The notes under the pieces were generated by a model. That model worked only from the letters and a program-made list of their open reading frames with translations. It had not been told where the DNA came from and made no database searches. Positions 26,344 through 35,996 of a stretch of 64,000 nucleotides of DNA are shown piece by piece. Location of the stretch: positions 2,868-66,867 of the forward strand of contig JAZQDD010000038.1 of NCBI GenBank assembly GCA_045546615.1. Reading direction: 5' to 3'. Each line of letters starts with the position of its first letter. Positions within the stretch are counted from its first letter, which is position 1. This stretch comes from Eubacteriales bacterium (GTDB lineage: Bacteria; Bacillota; Clostridia; Oscillospirales; CAG-272). Both the position numbers and the translations under genes were made by a program.

Positions 26344-27120
26344 TCAGTTTATCTCCTTGCGCATTCTCTCAAGTGCGCCCTTTTCAAGCCTTGATACCTG
26401 CGCTTGCGATATTCCTATCTCCTCGGCTATCTCCATTTGGGTCTTGTTCAAGAAAAATCGCATACTGATTATTTTTCTCTCCCTCTCGCCAAGATGCTCC
26501 ATAGCCTCGGCAAGCGCAATATTTTCAAGCCAACGCTCATCCGACGAATTCGTATCAGCAAGCTGGTCTATCACATACAAAGAATCCCCATTTTCGCTGT
26601 ATATCGGCTCGTACAGCGACATCGGCTCGACTATCGCCTCCATCGCTCTTACAACAGCCTCACGGTTCTCGCCTATTTTTTCAGCTATCTGTGCGGGAGT
26701 AGGTTCGTTCTGATTATCACCCATCAGCTCCTCTCTGGCGCTGAGCGCACGGTAGGCAAGGTCTCTTACAGAACGGCTTATCCTTATCGCGTTATTATCA
26801 CGCAGATACCGCCGTATCTCGCCGATTATCATAGGGACGGCATAGGTTGAAAATTTCACGTTTAGGTCGAGATTGAAATTGTCCACCGCCTTGACAAGCC
26901 CGATGCAACCAACCTGAAAAAGATCGTCCATCGGCTCGCGACGCCCCGAAAACCGCTGTATAATGCTCAAGACCAGCCTCAGATTGCCATATATCAGATC
27001 GGCACGCGCATTTGCGTCTCCTTCTCTCGTCTTGACCAACAGATCGTACTTTTCCTCGTCTGTTAAGGTTTTCAGCTTTGTGGTATTTACTCCACATATT
27101 TCGACTTTGTTATAGTACAT
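26344..27120 (-). CDS. sigG: sporulation sigma factor SigG
   Basis: NKVEICGV N-terminus, DDLFQVGCIGLVKAVDNF, VKFSTYAVPMIIGEIRRYLRDNNAIRISRS, ISQAQVSRLEK: near-identical to the Bacillus SigG signature blocks. Start placed at second ATG (27120) because GGGAG sits 6 nt upstream. Confidence 0.9.
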   Translation of the reverse strand: MYYNKVEICGVNTTKLKTLTDEEKYDLLVKTREGDANARADLIYGNLRLVLSIIQRFSGRREPMDDLFQVGCIGLVKAVDNFNLDLNVKFSTYAVPMIIGEIRRYLRDNNAIRISRSVRDLAYRALSAREELMGDNQNEPTPAQIAEKIGENREAVVRAMEAIVEPMSLYEPIYSENGDSLYVIDQLADTNSSDERWLENIALAEAMEHLGERERKIISMRFFLNKTQMEIAEEIGISQAQVSRLEKGALERMRKEIN

Positions 27121-27196
27121 TCGCATCTCCCGACAATTTTTACATTACAATTATCGGCAGAAACGCACGAAGGTTATTCAAAGCAGATTTTGCCAC

Positions 27197-27225
27197 AAAA
27201 AAAGCAGTGATATCACTGCTTTTTT
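27197..27225 (-). terminator. rho-independent terminator after the HTH gene
   Basis: AAAAAAAGCAGTGATATCACTGCTTTTTT. Confidence 0.85.
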
Positions 27226-27256
27226 AGATATGGTATAATTCAGGAAAACAAGTTTT

Positions 27257-27865
27257 CTATCTATCTTGTGGGCACTTTTTCAATCTTGACCACATAAAGA
27301 TAACAAGCTGTCCGGGAATGCCGAGGAGATACAATAACCAAATATTATACCCCGACAAAAGCACTGTAACGTGTACTGCCAAAAGAACAGACCACACCAG
27401 CACCGATATTATAAAATAATTTTTTCGGCTGTCAAACCAAATACTGTTGAAAACGAGACTGACGATTGCAGCCGCGGGAATTCCGTAAAGGAACGAAAGC
27501 CACTCGCCCTTGACGCTCGGAGCAAAAAGAGCGATAAGAACAAAGACCAAAAGGGAAACGAACCACACGATCATAACGGACATGGCGGCAATAAGGCGGC
27601 GGTTGTATTTGGGGGCAGGGGTGTCGGAAAGTCCCTTTAACTCTTCGGTCGTATGTTCTTCGTGTACGAGATAATCAAGCGTAACTCCAAAAAGTTCCGC
27701 TATCGTTACAAGCACCGTGACGTCGGGAATGGACTCGGCACGCTCCCATTTTGAGATCGCCTTGTCCGAATAATTGAGCTTTTCGGCAAGCTCTATCTGC
27801 GTCATTCCAAAAGACTGGCGCAATTCTGAAATGTTTTTGGCAACAGCGTTTTTTATATCATTCAT
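27257..27865 (-). CDS. XRE-family helix-turn-helix protein with a four-TM membrane domain
   Basis: 202 aa; HTH_3 motif LRQSFGMTQIELAEKLNYSDKAISKWERAESIP, then four hydrophobic helices. Confidence 0.8.
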   Translation of the reverse strand: MNDIKNAVAKNISELRQSFGMTQIELAEKLNYSDKAISKWERAESIPDVTVLVTIAELFGVTLDYLVHEEHTTEELKGLSDTPAPKYNRRLIAAMSVMIVWFVSLLVFVLIALFAPSVKGEWLSFLYGIPAAAIVSLVFNSIWFDSRKNYFIISVLVWSVLLAVHVTVLLSGYNIWLLYLLGIPGQLVIFMWSRLKKCPQDR

Positions 27866-27917
27866 TAATAGTTATCCTCTAAAAATCATCGGTATTTACT
27901 TACCTTGATACATATAG

Positions 27918-27946
27918 ATTATAACCGATTTAGGGTAAAAAGTCAA
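27918..27946 (-). promoter_or_regulatory. near-consensus sigma-A promoter for the HTH gene
   Basis: Minus strand TTGACT-17 nt-TATAAT. Confidence 0.5.
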
Positions 27947-27962
27947 GAATACGGTAAAATTT

Positions 27963-29540
27963 TCAAGCCCTCGCTTTGCGTCTTTTATGTTGCGCAAGAA
28001 CAAAAATGCACAAAACAAAAGCAAACGAGGCATAAATGAACAAATTGCCCGTCAATGTATAGAGGGGCGTTCTGTCCGACAAAGCCACCTCGGCTATTGC
28101 CAATCCCTGCTCGTTTACAGCGACACTTGATTGCACCGCGCCCGTCCGAGATATAACGCAGGAAATGCCCGTGCTTGCCGAACGAAGTATGGGACGCGAG
28201 TTTTCGATAGCGCGAAGGCGCGCTTGCGCCACGTGCATATAAAGAGCGCGAGAGTCTCCAAACCACGAATCGTTAGTTGAAAGAAGCAAGAGCTGCGCCC
28301 CATCGTACACACTTTCGCGTGCGAGTGTCTCGTAAATAGAATCAAAACAAATAATACCGCCAAGAGCTATCTCTCCGCCATCGGCTATTGCGGTAGAATC
28401 CCCCGCTATTATATCTTCAGAAAGCGTTGCGACTGATGCAAGGGGTGGGAAAACAATGGTAAAAAACTCTCGCCAAGGCATATATTCACCAAAGGGAACG
28501 AGCCGACGTTTGGAATAAAGCTCGCTCTCGGACGTGCCATCGGGATAAAAGGTGGCAATGCAGTTAAGTATCTCACGCTCATCTCCATAAGCAAAGCAAC
28601 CTATCGCAAGAGTGATATCGCACTCTGCGGCAAGAGAAGAAAGGTCACGGTAAAAGGGACTTCCCTGCGTTAAAAACCTTGAAGCAAACACGCTCTCGGG
28701 CCACAAAACCACCTTCGCCCCTTCAGCGGCGGCGCGGCGGGTATAGTTTTCGTACCTTTCCCATATCTCGGCGTTGGTATACGTACCGTACCCCTCGCGC
28801 GATGAAATATTCCCCTGCACCGCCGCGACCTTTACGGTCTGCCCATCTGTCGGAACGGCGAGAAGCAACGCACCGCAAAGCAGATTGCCCAGCGCAAGAG
28901 AGGCTGCCGCCACAGCGCGCCATTTGATTTTCTCAAGATACATCGCCTGCGCGATAAGGCACGAGGTGGCAACTATCAGGGCGGAAACAAAGTACGAGCC
29001 AAAGAGCGAGGACGTCATTGCCGTAGCGGTGAAATTTCCGACAAGCTGACCGAGGGCAAGTCTGCCCCACGGAACACCTGCCCACGTCAGGGTTTGGCTC
29101 CATTCAAATATAGCCCACAGCACTGCGGCAAGAAACGGCAAAAGAGCCACGTGGCAACTCGCGCCAAGCCTTGCAAAAACGAGGAAAACAAAGCCGCCCG
29201 CTGTTGCGGCAAGCAGAGGAAGTCCAAGCCAAGCAAGCGCCGTCACGGCGGCGGAAGCAGAATTGCTCATGCCCACAAAATCCATAGGATAGAGGCTAAT
29301 CACCCAATGCCAGACTACAAAATACATAATGTAAAAGAAGAAAAAACCGTACAGATAAGCACGGCGCGACTTTTTTGCAAGTTCAAAAAGCACGAGAGCC
29401 GCAGGAACAAAGGCTACCCACTCTATTATTGCGCCTATGGCAGTCGGGAAGCACATACACGCCCCGAGCGTTACCGCGGAGATGGCAAGGTATGCAAGTC
29501 TTTGCCACGCAGACGAGGGGCGCAAGAGCTTATCTGTCAT
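27963..29540 (-). CDS. lnt: apolipoprotein N-acyltransferase homolog (polytopic N-terminus + CN-hydrolase domain)
   Basis: ORF 27963..29702 trimmed to ATG 29540 (MTDKLLRP). Multiple N-terminal TM helices. CN-hydrolase triad context VVLWPESVF (Glu), YSKRRLVPFGEY (Lys), GGIICFDS (Cys). Confidence 0.8.
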   Translation of the reverse strand: MTDKLLRPSSAWQRLAYLAISAVTLGACMCFPTAIGAIIEWVAFVPAALVLFELAKKSRRAYLYGFFFFYIMYFVVWHWVISLYPMDFVGMSNSASAAVTALAWLGLPLLAATAGGFVFLVFARLGASCHVALLPFLAAVLWAIFEWSQTLTWAGVPWGRLALGQLVGNFTATAMTSSLFGSYFVSALIVATSCLIAQAMYLEKIKWRAVAAASLALGNLLCGALLLAVPTDGQTVKVAAVQGNISSREGYGTYTNAEIWERYENYTRRAAAEGAKVVLWPESVFASRFLTQGSPFYRDLSSLAAECDITLAIGCFAYGDEREILNCIATFYPDGTSESELYSKRRLVPFGEYMPWREFFTIVFPPLASVATLSEDIIAGDSTAIADGGEIALGGIICFDSIYETLARESVYDGAQLLLLSTNDSWFGDSRALYMHVAQARLRAIENSRPILRSASTGISCVISRTGAVQSSVAVNEQGLAIAEVALSDRTPLYTLTGNLFIYASFAFVLCIFVLAQHKRRKARA

Positions 29541-30519
29541 CGCTTGACACCCCGAAATCGGCGCAGAACCACACATCCTCATAGGAAAGAGAATATTCTC
29601 TGCCCGCCAGATAATCAAGCGCACCGCCGTTTTTCTCAAATGCAAAACGGACGCGGTATGAATAAAGTGCCTGCCACTTGTAACCAAGCCTCTTGTCATC
29701 ACGGTTTACGCCATACTTGCCCTCACCGCAGAGCGGATGACCGATGTGAGCCATGTGTGCGCGGATCTGGTGTGTTCTGCCCGTAAAAAGTTCTATCTCA
29801 ACGAGCGAACGAGCGCCGTCTCCTCTGCCAACAGTGGCAATCGTGCGATAGCCCGTGATTATCTCCTTGTACCCATCGCGCTTGCGCTCGCTAATTGACA
29901 CGGTATTGCTCACGCTGTCCTTGCGAAGATAAGCTCGAAGCACGTCGGCGCGTTTTTGTGGTATACCGTGAACTGCACAAAGGTAGAATTTTTTCACCTC
30001 TCCGCATCTGATTCTCTCGTTCATATCGCGGAGCGCCGCCGCATTCTTGGCGGCGATAACTATACCGCCCGTATTTCTGTCTATGCGATTACAAAGCGCA
30101 GGGGCAAATGACTGCTCGCCTTCGGGCGAATATTCGCCCTTACGGTAAAGATACGCCTGCAGATGCATAACGAGGGTATTGTCCTTGCCCTCGTCATCCT
30201 CATGGACAAGCACGCCCGGGCGTTTATTGATCAGGAGTATATTTTCATCCTCGTAAACGATATCAAGCTTTGGCTCTATTCTCAAATATGCAGTCGCATC
30301 GGACTCGGGCGAATCGAAAAACTCGTCGCGTATAAAAAGCTCCACCTCATCGCCTTCGCAAAGCATCGTTTTCGGCTCGGCACGTTTGCGATTAAGTTTT
30401 ATCTTTTTAGTACGCAGATATTTATACATAAGCGACTGCGGAAGTCCCTTGACTGCCTTTGTAAGAAACTTATCAAGCCTCTGCCCCGCGTCGTTTTTCT
30501 CTATTTTTAAAATTCTCAT
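29530..30519 (-). CDS. RluA-family pseudouridine synthase with S4 domain (RluC/D-like)
   Basis: 329 aa; NRIDRNTGGIVIAAK (catalytic Asp), GRTHQIRAHMAHIGHPLCGEGKYG; N-terminal S4-like LDKFL. Confidence 0.9.
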   Translation of the reverse strand: MRILKIEKNDAGQRLDKFLTKAVKGLPQSLMYKYLRTKKIKLNRKRAEPKTMLCEGDEVELFIRDEFFDSPESDATAYLRIEPKLDIVYEDENILLINKRPGVLVHEDDEGKDNTLVMHLQAYLYRKGEYSPEGEQSFAPALCNRIDRNTGGIVIAAKNAAALRDMNERIRCGEVKKFYLCAVHGIPQKRADVLRAYLRKDSVSNTVSISERKRDGYKEIITGYRTIATVGRGDGARSLVEIELFTGRTHQIRAHMAHIGHPLCGEGKYGVNRDDKRLGYKWQALYSYRVRFAFEKNGGALDYLAGREYSLSYEDVWFCADFGVSSDDR

Positions 30520-30562
30520 TCATCTACATAAAAGGCGGACAGCCGTCCGCCTTTAAAAGTCC

Positions 30563-31246
<684 letters not shown>

Positions 31247-31396
31247 CTAATCCGCCTCTGTTTTCAAGGCTATTTTAAAAATATTCCGCCCAATACAAGT
31301 TTTTTTGACGAATTTTTCTTTTTTAACGTGGCAGGTGTTTACTTTTTCTTGGGAAAATGCTAAAATATATACGGATTATTTTTGGAGGCGTAGATT

Positions 31397-32713
31397 ATGG
31401 CAAAAAACAAAAAGGTCGGCATACTTACACTTGGCTGTAAGGTCAACCAATACGAAAGCGAGGCTATTGCGGAAGCACTCGGCGCAATGGGAATAGATGC
31501 CCAAAGCCCCGATGAGACTTGCGATGCTTATATTATAAACACCTGCACAGTTACCGCCGAGGCAGACCGTAAATCCCGCCAGATGATACGCCGACTCCAC
31601 ACAGCCAATCCAAACGCCCCCATAATCGTTACAGGATGCACCGCGCAAAGCGCACCGCGGCAGATAGCCGATATTGACGGCGTTTGCGCCGTGTGCGGCA
31701 ACTCCGAAAAGCTTTTGTGCGCAAGCATTGCATCCCGCCTTATTGACGGCGGGGCGAGCGAGGATACAGAGATATATGTCCCCGATATCAACACTGCATC
31801 GTTTGAGAAAATGGAGCTGCACAGCTTTCCGCGCACCCGTGTGTATATTAAAATAGAGGACGGCTGTGAAAACCGCTGTGCCTACTGCGCAATCCCCAAC
31901 GCGCGCGGCAAGGTGCGTTCGAAACATCCTGATGACGTATTGAAGGAAGTCAGAAACCTAATTTCAGACGGATGTCCCGAGATCGTTCTGACGGGCATAG
32001 AAACCGCATCATACGGACGAGACCTTGACGGCGTTACGCTTGCAGATCTACTCTGCCGTGTGGACAAGCTCTGCAAAAAAACGAGAATACGTTTGGGTTC
32101 TATCTATCCCACGCTGTTCGATGAGGATTTTATCCGCAAGATATCCTCCCTCTCCCACCTCGCTCCGCATTTTCACATCTCACTCCAAAGCGGCTCCACA
32201 AAGACGCTTGCCGCCATGAACCGCCGTTATACCGCCGAGGACGTTGCGGCGGCTATGGCTCGGCTTCGTAGTGCCATCCCCGACGTTATTTTCACCACCG
32301 ACGTAATAGTTGGTTTTCCTGGGGAACGTGAAAAGGAATATGCCGAAACACGAGAATTTTTGATAAATAACAGATTTTTGATGGCTCACATCTTTCCTTA
32401 TTCTCCGCGCGCTGGAACACCGGCGGCAAATATGGCTGATCAAATTCCGCAAGAGGAAAAAAAGCGGCGCGCCGCAGAGCTTGCCGCGCTCCAACAAGAG
32501 ATAACGCGGGAAATACTGCTCGAACAAATAGAGAAAAAGCCCATTCAAAATGTGCTGTTTGAGACCTACTCCGATGGCGTGGCTACGGGACACACGGATT
32601 CATTTATTGAAGTGAGTGTAGCGAGCGAGACAGATATCAGGGGCGAAGAACGTCTCGTGCGTCTTTTAAAACCTCAAAAAACAGGGATTATCGGCGAAAT
32701 TTTAAAAAAATAA
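31397..32713 (+). CDS. mtaB: tRNA (t6A37) methylthiotransferase MtaB
   Basis: 438 aa; UPF0004 N-terminus (TLGCKVNQYES), radical-SAM CENRCAYCAIP, C-terminal TRAM. Confidence 0.9.
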   Translation: MAKNKKVGILTLGCKVNQYESEAIAEALGAMGIDAQSPDETCDAYIINTCTVTAEADRKSRQMIRRLHTANPNAPIIVTGCTAQSAPRQIADIDGVCAVCGNSEKLLCASIASRLIDGGASEDTEIYVPDINTASFEKMELHSFPRTRVYIKIEDGCENRCAYCAIPNARGKVRSKHPDDVLKEVRNLISDGCPEIVLTGIETASYGRDLDGVTLADLLCRVDKLCKKTRIRLGSIYPTLFDEDFIRKISSLSHLAPHFHISLQSGSTKTLAAMNRRYTAEDVAAAMARLRSAIPDVIFTTDVIVGFPGEREKEYAETREFLINNRFLMAHIFPYSPRAGTPAANMADQIPQEEKKRRAAELAALQQEITREILLEQIEKKPIQNVLFETYSDGVATGHTDSFIEVSVASETDIRGEERLVRLLKPQKTGIIGEILKK

Positions 32714-32755
32714 CAATATTTTTGCAATTAAACAAAAAAATAATTCATAAACCCC

Positions 32756-32784
32756 TTGCTTTTTTCAAAATATTGTGATATAAT
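32756..32784 (+). promoter_or_regulatory. sigma-A type promoter for rpmB
   Basis: TTGCTT-17 nt-TATAAT, about 45 nt before ATG 32829. Confidence 0.5.
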
Positions 32785-32828
32785 TACCGATGTTGTTATG
32801 GACTCAAGTATTTAAGGAGGTGTCAGGA

Positions 32829-33017
32829 ATGGCAAAATGCAGCGTTTGCGGTAAGGGTGTTGTTTTCGGCAATACTGTTTCTCACTCCCATCGTAAGACC
32901 AACAGAGCCTGGAAGCCCAATATCCGCAAGGTCAAGGTTTCCGAGAACGGAACCATTAAAACCGTCAGCATCTGTGCGCGTTGTCTGCGCACCATGAAGA
33001 AGGCAGAAAACGCCTGA
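32829..33017 (+). CDS. rpmB: 50S ribosomal protein L28
   Basis: ORF 32790..33017 trimmed to ATG 32829 (RBS AGGAGG). MAKCSVCGKGVVFGNTVSHSHRKTNRAWKPNI. Confidence 0.95.
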   Translation: MAKCSVCGKGVVFGNTVSHSHRKTNRAWKPNIRKVKVSENGTIKTVSICARCLRTMKKAENA

Positions 33018-33075
33018 TTAGAGCAGATTTAGGCTGTCGTTTTGCGGCGGCCTTTTCTGTATTTTGGAGGTATTT

Positions 33076-33780
33076 ATGCTTTGTGTAACTGATCGACGCA
33101 TACCCGATGTATGTGTGTCGGAGCTTTTGCGTCTCGGATTTGAACTTGTTTTGCTCCCCCCTCTCCCCGATTTGTCGCCACCTATCGCATCGCACACAGA
33201 CCTGCTTGTACTACCAATAGGAAAAACCATCCTGACACATGCGCGATATGCCACAATAGCCGAGCGTGAGCTTTCGCGCATCGCTGAACATGGATATAAA
33301 ATCGAAGTTTGCAACACTGCGATTGGAGACACATATCCGCGTGACGTAGCACTATGCGCCTGCGTAACCGATAAATACCTTATATGCAATGTAAAACACA
33401 CAGCTCCCGAGGCTATAGCACTTGCGCAAGCCGCAGGATTAAAGCTCGTTGGCGTCTCGCAAGGGTACGCAAAATGCTCTTGCGCCGTCCTCTCGGACGG
33501 AGCTATAATTACCGCTGATGCGGGCATCTATAACGCTATTTGCTCGAGTGGGGGCGATGCTCTCCTTATATCGGCGGGACACATTTTTCTTCCGCCATAC
33601 AAATACGGCTTCATTGGGGGAGCAAGCGGACTTTGTGCTGACACGCTGTTTTTTGCGGGAAGCATAGAAACTCACCCCGACTGCAGACAAATCGTAGATT
33701 TTTGCTCGCATCACAAAACACGCGTGTACTCGCTTTCCGATGACGGACTTTTCGACGTAGGCTCTATGATATTTATATAA
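33076..33780 (+). CDS. uncharacterised protein, possibly a guanidino-group-modifying-enzyme (GME) fold / DUF6873-like
   Basis: 234 aa from ATG 33076 (RBS GGAGG). SHTDLL and FIGGASGLC motifs. Family name is from memory only. Confidence 0.5.
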   Translation: MLCVTDRRIPDVCVSELLRLGFELVLLPPLPDLSPPIASHTDLLVLPIGKTILTHARYATIAERELSRIAEHGYKIEVCNTAIGDTYPRDVALCACVTDKYLICNVKHTAPEAIALAQAAGLKLVGVSQGYAKCSCAVLSDGAIITADAGIYNAICSSGGDALLISAGHIFLPPYKYGFIGGASGLCADTLFFAGSIETHPDCRQIVDFCSHHKTRVYSLSDDGLFDVGSMIFI

Positions 33781-33782
33781 AC

Positions 33783-33825
33783 AAACAGCGCACACTTCAG
33801 TTTTGAAGTGTGCGCTGTTTATTTT
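33783..33825. terminator. bidirectional rho-independent terminator
   Basis: AAACAGCGCACACTTCAG-TTT-TGAAGTGTGCGCTGTTTATTTT between convergent genes. Confidence 0.9.
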
Positions 33826-33832
33826 AACAATA

Positions 33833-35746
33833 TTATTCAACGACCAACTCACTGTTGTAGCCGGAGTCGAGCATCCACAGCATATAGTAATAATATACAG
33901 AGGAGGGGTTACTTGCGTTAGTGTGTGTAGTCACACCCTCGTTTTTCTGACATTCTACGGTATACTTTTCGATGAGAGCCTCAAGCTCCTCGCTGTTCTT
34001 AACAGCCTTGAGAGCCGCCTCAACCTCGGCAGAAATCTTTTCTACCTGCGACATGAGATATACGGCAAGTCTTGTATCTACCTCTTCCACAACATTACCT
34101 TCATCATCGGTGGTAGGAGTAGAAGATCCGGAGGACTCGGGCTTTGAACCATCCACATTAAGGTTGTCGGGATCGGTCACGCCAAATCCAAGAGTAAGGC
34201 TGGGAAGTGCGTTGTAGTTCTGAGTCTTGGCATACTCCCATGCATCAAGGGAAACGCCCTGCTCGGGATGTGCGATAAACATATTACCCGTTTTCTCAAT
34301 ATCCATCATATAGTCATTGTTAAGTCGGGTAAGATTGCCATCCTCGTCGAGCTGATAATGAACATCTTTAACACCATACTGAAGAACATTGCGGAATTCA
34401 GATTTGGTATTTATTGCGGTAATTATTTCCATAGCACGAGCAACATCTACAGAATAAGCGGATACGCCAAACATACTGCCGCAAACATCGTCCTCAGAGA
34501 TGCGAGGATATTCAAGAACGTTCATATAATAGTCATCGCCGTAGGTTTCAATAAGGTCAGCGCCGCCCTTAACTACGCTGAGTGCAAACTTCTGATTTGC
34601 GCTTGCGGAAGCGGAAACGTAACCGAGATCCTTATACTTCTGAATAGTACGAAGCTGAGCAAGATAGTCGGGGTTTCTGAATATATTAGATACGCCCATA
34701 ACGGGGTTATCGTTCTTATTGATGTCAAGGGTCAAGTGACCGCCGAAAATATTATTATACGTATTGCTCGCAATAACCGAGAACTTGTTCGGATTGATGC
34801 GGTTGGTTTCGGTATTGTATGACCAATAGTGCGTATTAATAATGGGAAGCTCACCAACCACGGGGAGATAATCTGTACTGTAGGTTGCTACATCTTTAAG
34901 GAAAGTCTCGCAATCAGACAGAGAATCCATGGTGGTAGGATCGTAGCTGTAATGATCTATCAATTCCTTGTTCAAAAGGAGATAGGTGTATTCTCCAACG
35001 GGATTGTTGTTGGGGATAGCATAGGTCATTCCGCCGCCAAGCTGCTTTATCCAAGTAAGGAGGTCGGGATTGATATATTCCTTGAGCTTAGAACCGATGT
35101 TTTCATCAACAGAAGCAAGCCACTCTTTTTCCATATATTTGAGATATCTGTCGTAGCCATCAAACCAGAAGATGTCAATCTGATTTGCTCTCTCGTCGGG
35201 ATACTTAAGAACGCTTATGGCAGCGCCTTCAGCACCTTCTATCTCCTCCATTACAGTCTCTTCCTCGGTAACTACGGTTTCCTCGGGCTGTTCTACCTCG
35301 CGGAACTCGGCGTACTGGGGATTCTCTGCATAATAGGAGTCGAGCCATTCGGGAGCATTTACATCAATTCCCTGATCCTTTGCGGCCTTTTTTGCATCTC
35401 TCAGATGTTTTCTTGCCTCTTCCTTGAGGTCGGCATACTTCTGATTTTCAGCAAAAACGTTTTCAATAGTTTCGTAATATGTATCATACGTGCAGAAGCA
35501 GAGATTTACCTGCGTCTTAAAGCTGGATTTAGTCATCTTGTTAAATTCGGCATTGATCAGCTTTGCGGTTTCCTCCGAAACAGGCTGTTCAGAGACCACG
35601 TACATTTTAAGGGTAATAGTAGCAGACGATGCCTTATCAGCTACCTCTCCGGTATCACCGACATCATCGCCACCGGAGCATCCGGTGAGGATAACGCTGA
35701 GCATCATTATAAGGCTCAGAAGCAAGCTCACTATCCGTTTGTTCAT
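33833..35746 (-). CDS. large lipoprotein, extracellular solute-binding-protein-like
   Basis: ORF trimmed to ATG 35746 (RBS AGGAGG). Signal peptide with lipobox ILTGC, 637 aa. General resemblance to family-1 sugar SBPs, with an acidic insert. No permease or ATPase genes adjacent. Confidence 0.6.
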   Translation of the reverse strand: MNKRIVSLLLSLIMMLSVILTGCSGGDDVGDTGEVADKASSATITLKMYVVSEQPVSEETAKLINAEFNKMTKSSFKTQVNLCFCTYDTYYETIENVFAENQKYADLKEEARKHLRDAKKAAKDQGIDVNAPEWLDSYYAENPQYAEFREVEQPEETVVTEEETVMEEIEGAEGAAISVLKYPDERANQIDIFWFDGYDRYLKYMEKEWLASVDENIGSKLKEYINPDLLTWIKQLGGGMTYAIPNNNPVGEYTYLLLNKELIDHYSYDPTTMDSLSDCETFLKDVATYSTDYLPVVGELPIINTHYWSYNTETNRINPNKFSVIASNTYNNIFGGHLTLDINKNDNPVMGVSNIFRNPDYLAQLRTIQKYKDLGYVSASASANQKFALSVVKGGADLIETYGDDYYMNVLEYPRISEDDVCGSMFGVSAYSVDVARAMEIITAINTKSEFRNVLQYGVKDVHYQLDEDGNLTRLNNDYMMDIEKTGNMFIAHPEQGVSLDAWEYAKTQNYNALPSLTLGFGVTDPDNLNVDGSKPESSGSSTPTTDDEGNVVEEVDTRLAVYLMSQVEKISAEVEAALKAVKNSEELEALIEKYTVECQKNEGVTTHTNASNPSSVYYYYMLWMLDSGYNSELVVE

Positions 35747-35996
35747 AAAGGGTTCCTCCTTACGATGTGCGCCTCGCGCACGCATATTTATAATAATATT
35801 TTACTACACTTCCAATAAAAAGTCAAGTTGATTTTTCGACACTTTTGGGTGAATTATCATTATTGTAACAGGCTGTTAATTTTTATTTTGCACCTTATAC
35901 AAAGCAATAAAGAATTTTTTTGCGAGATTTGACAAATTTATTGTTAGTAATAACGATTTGATTTGATTTTTTTTGTAAAGTATGCACAAGGAAAAA

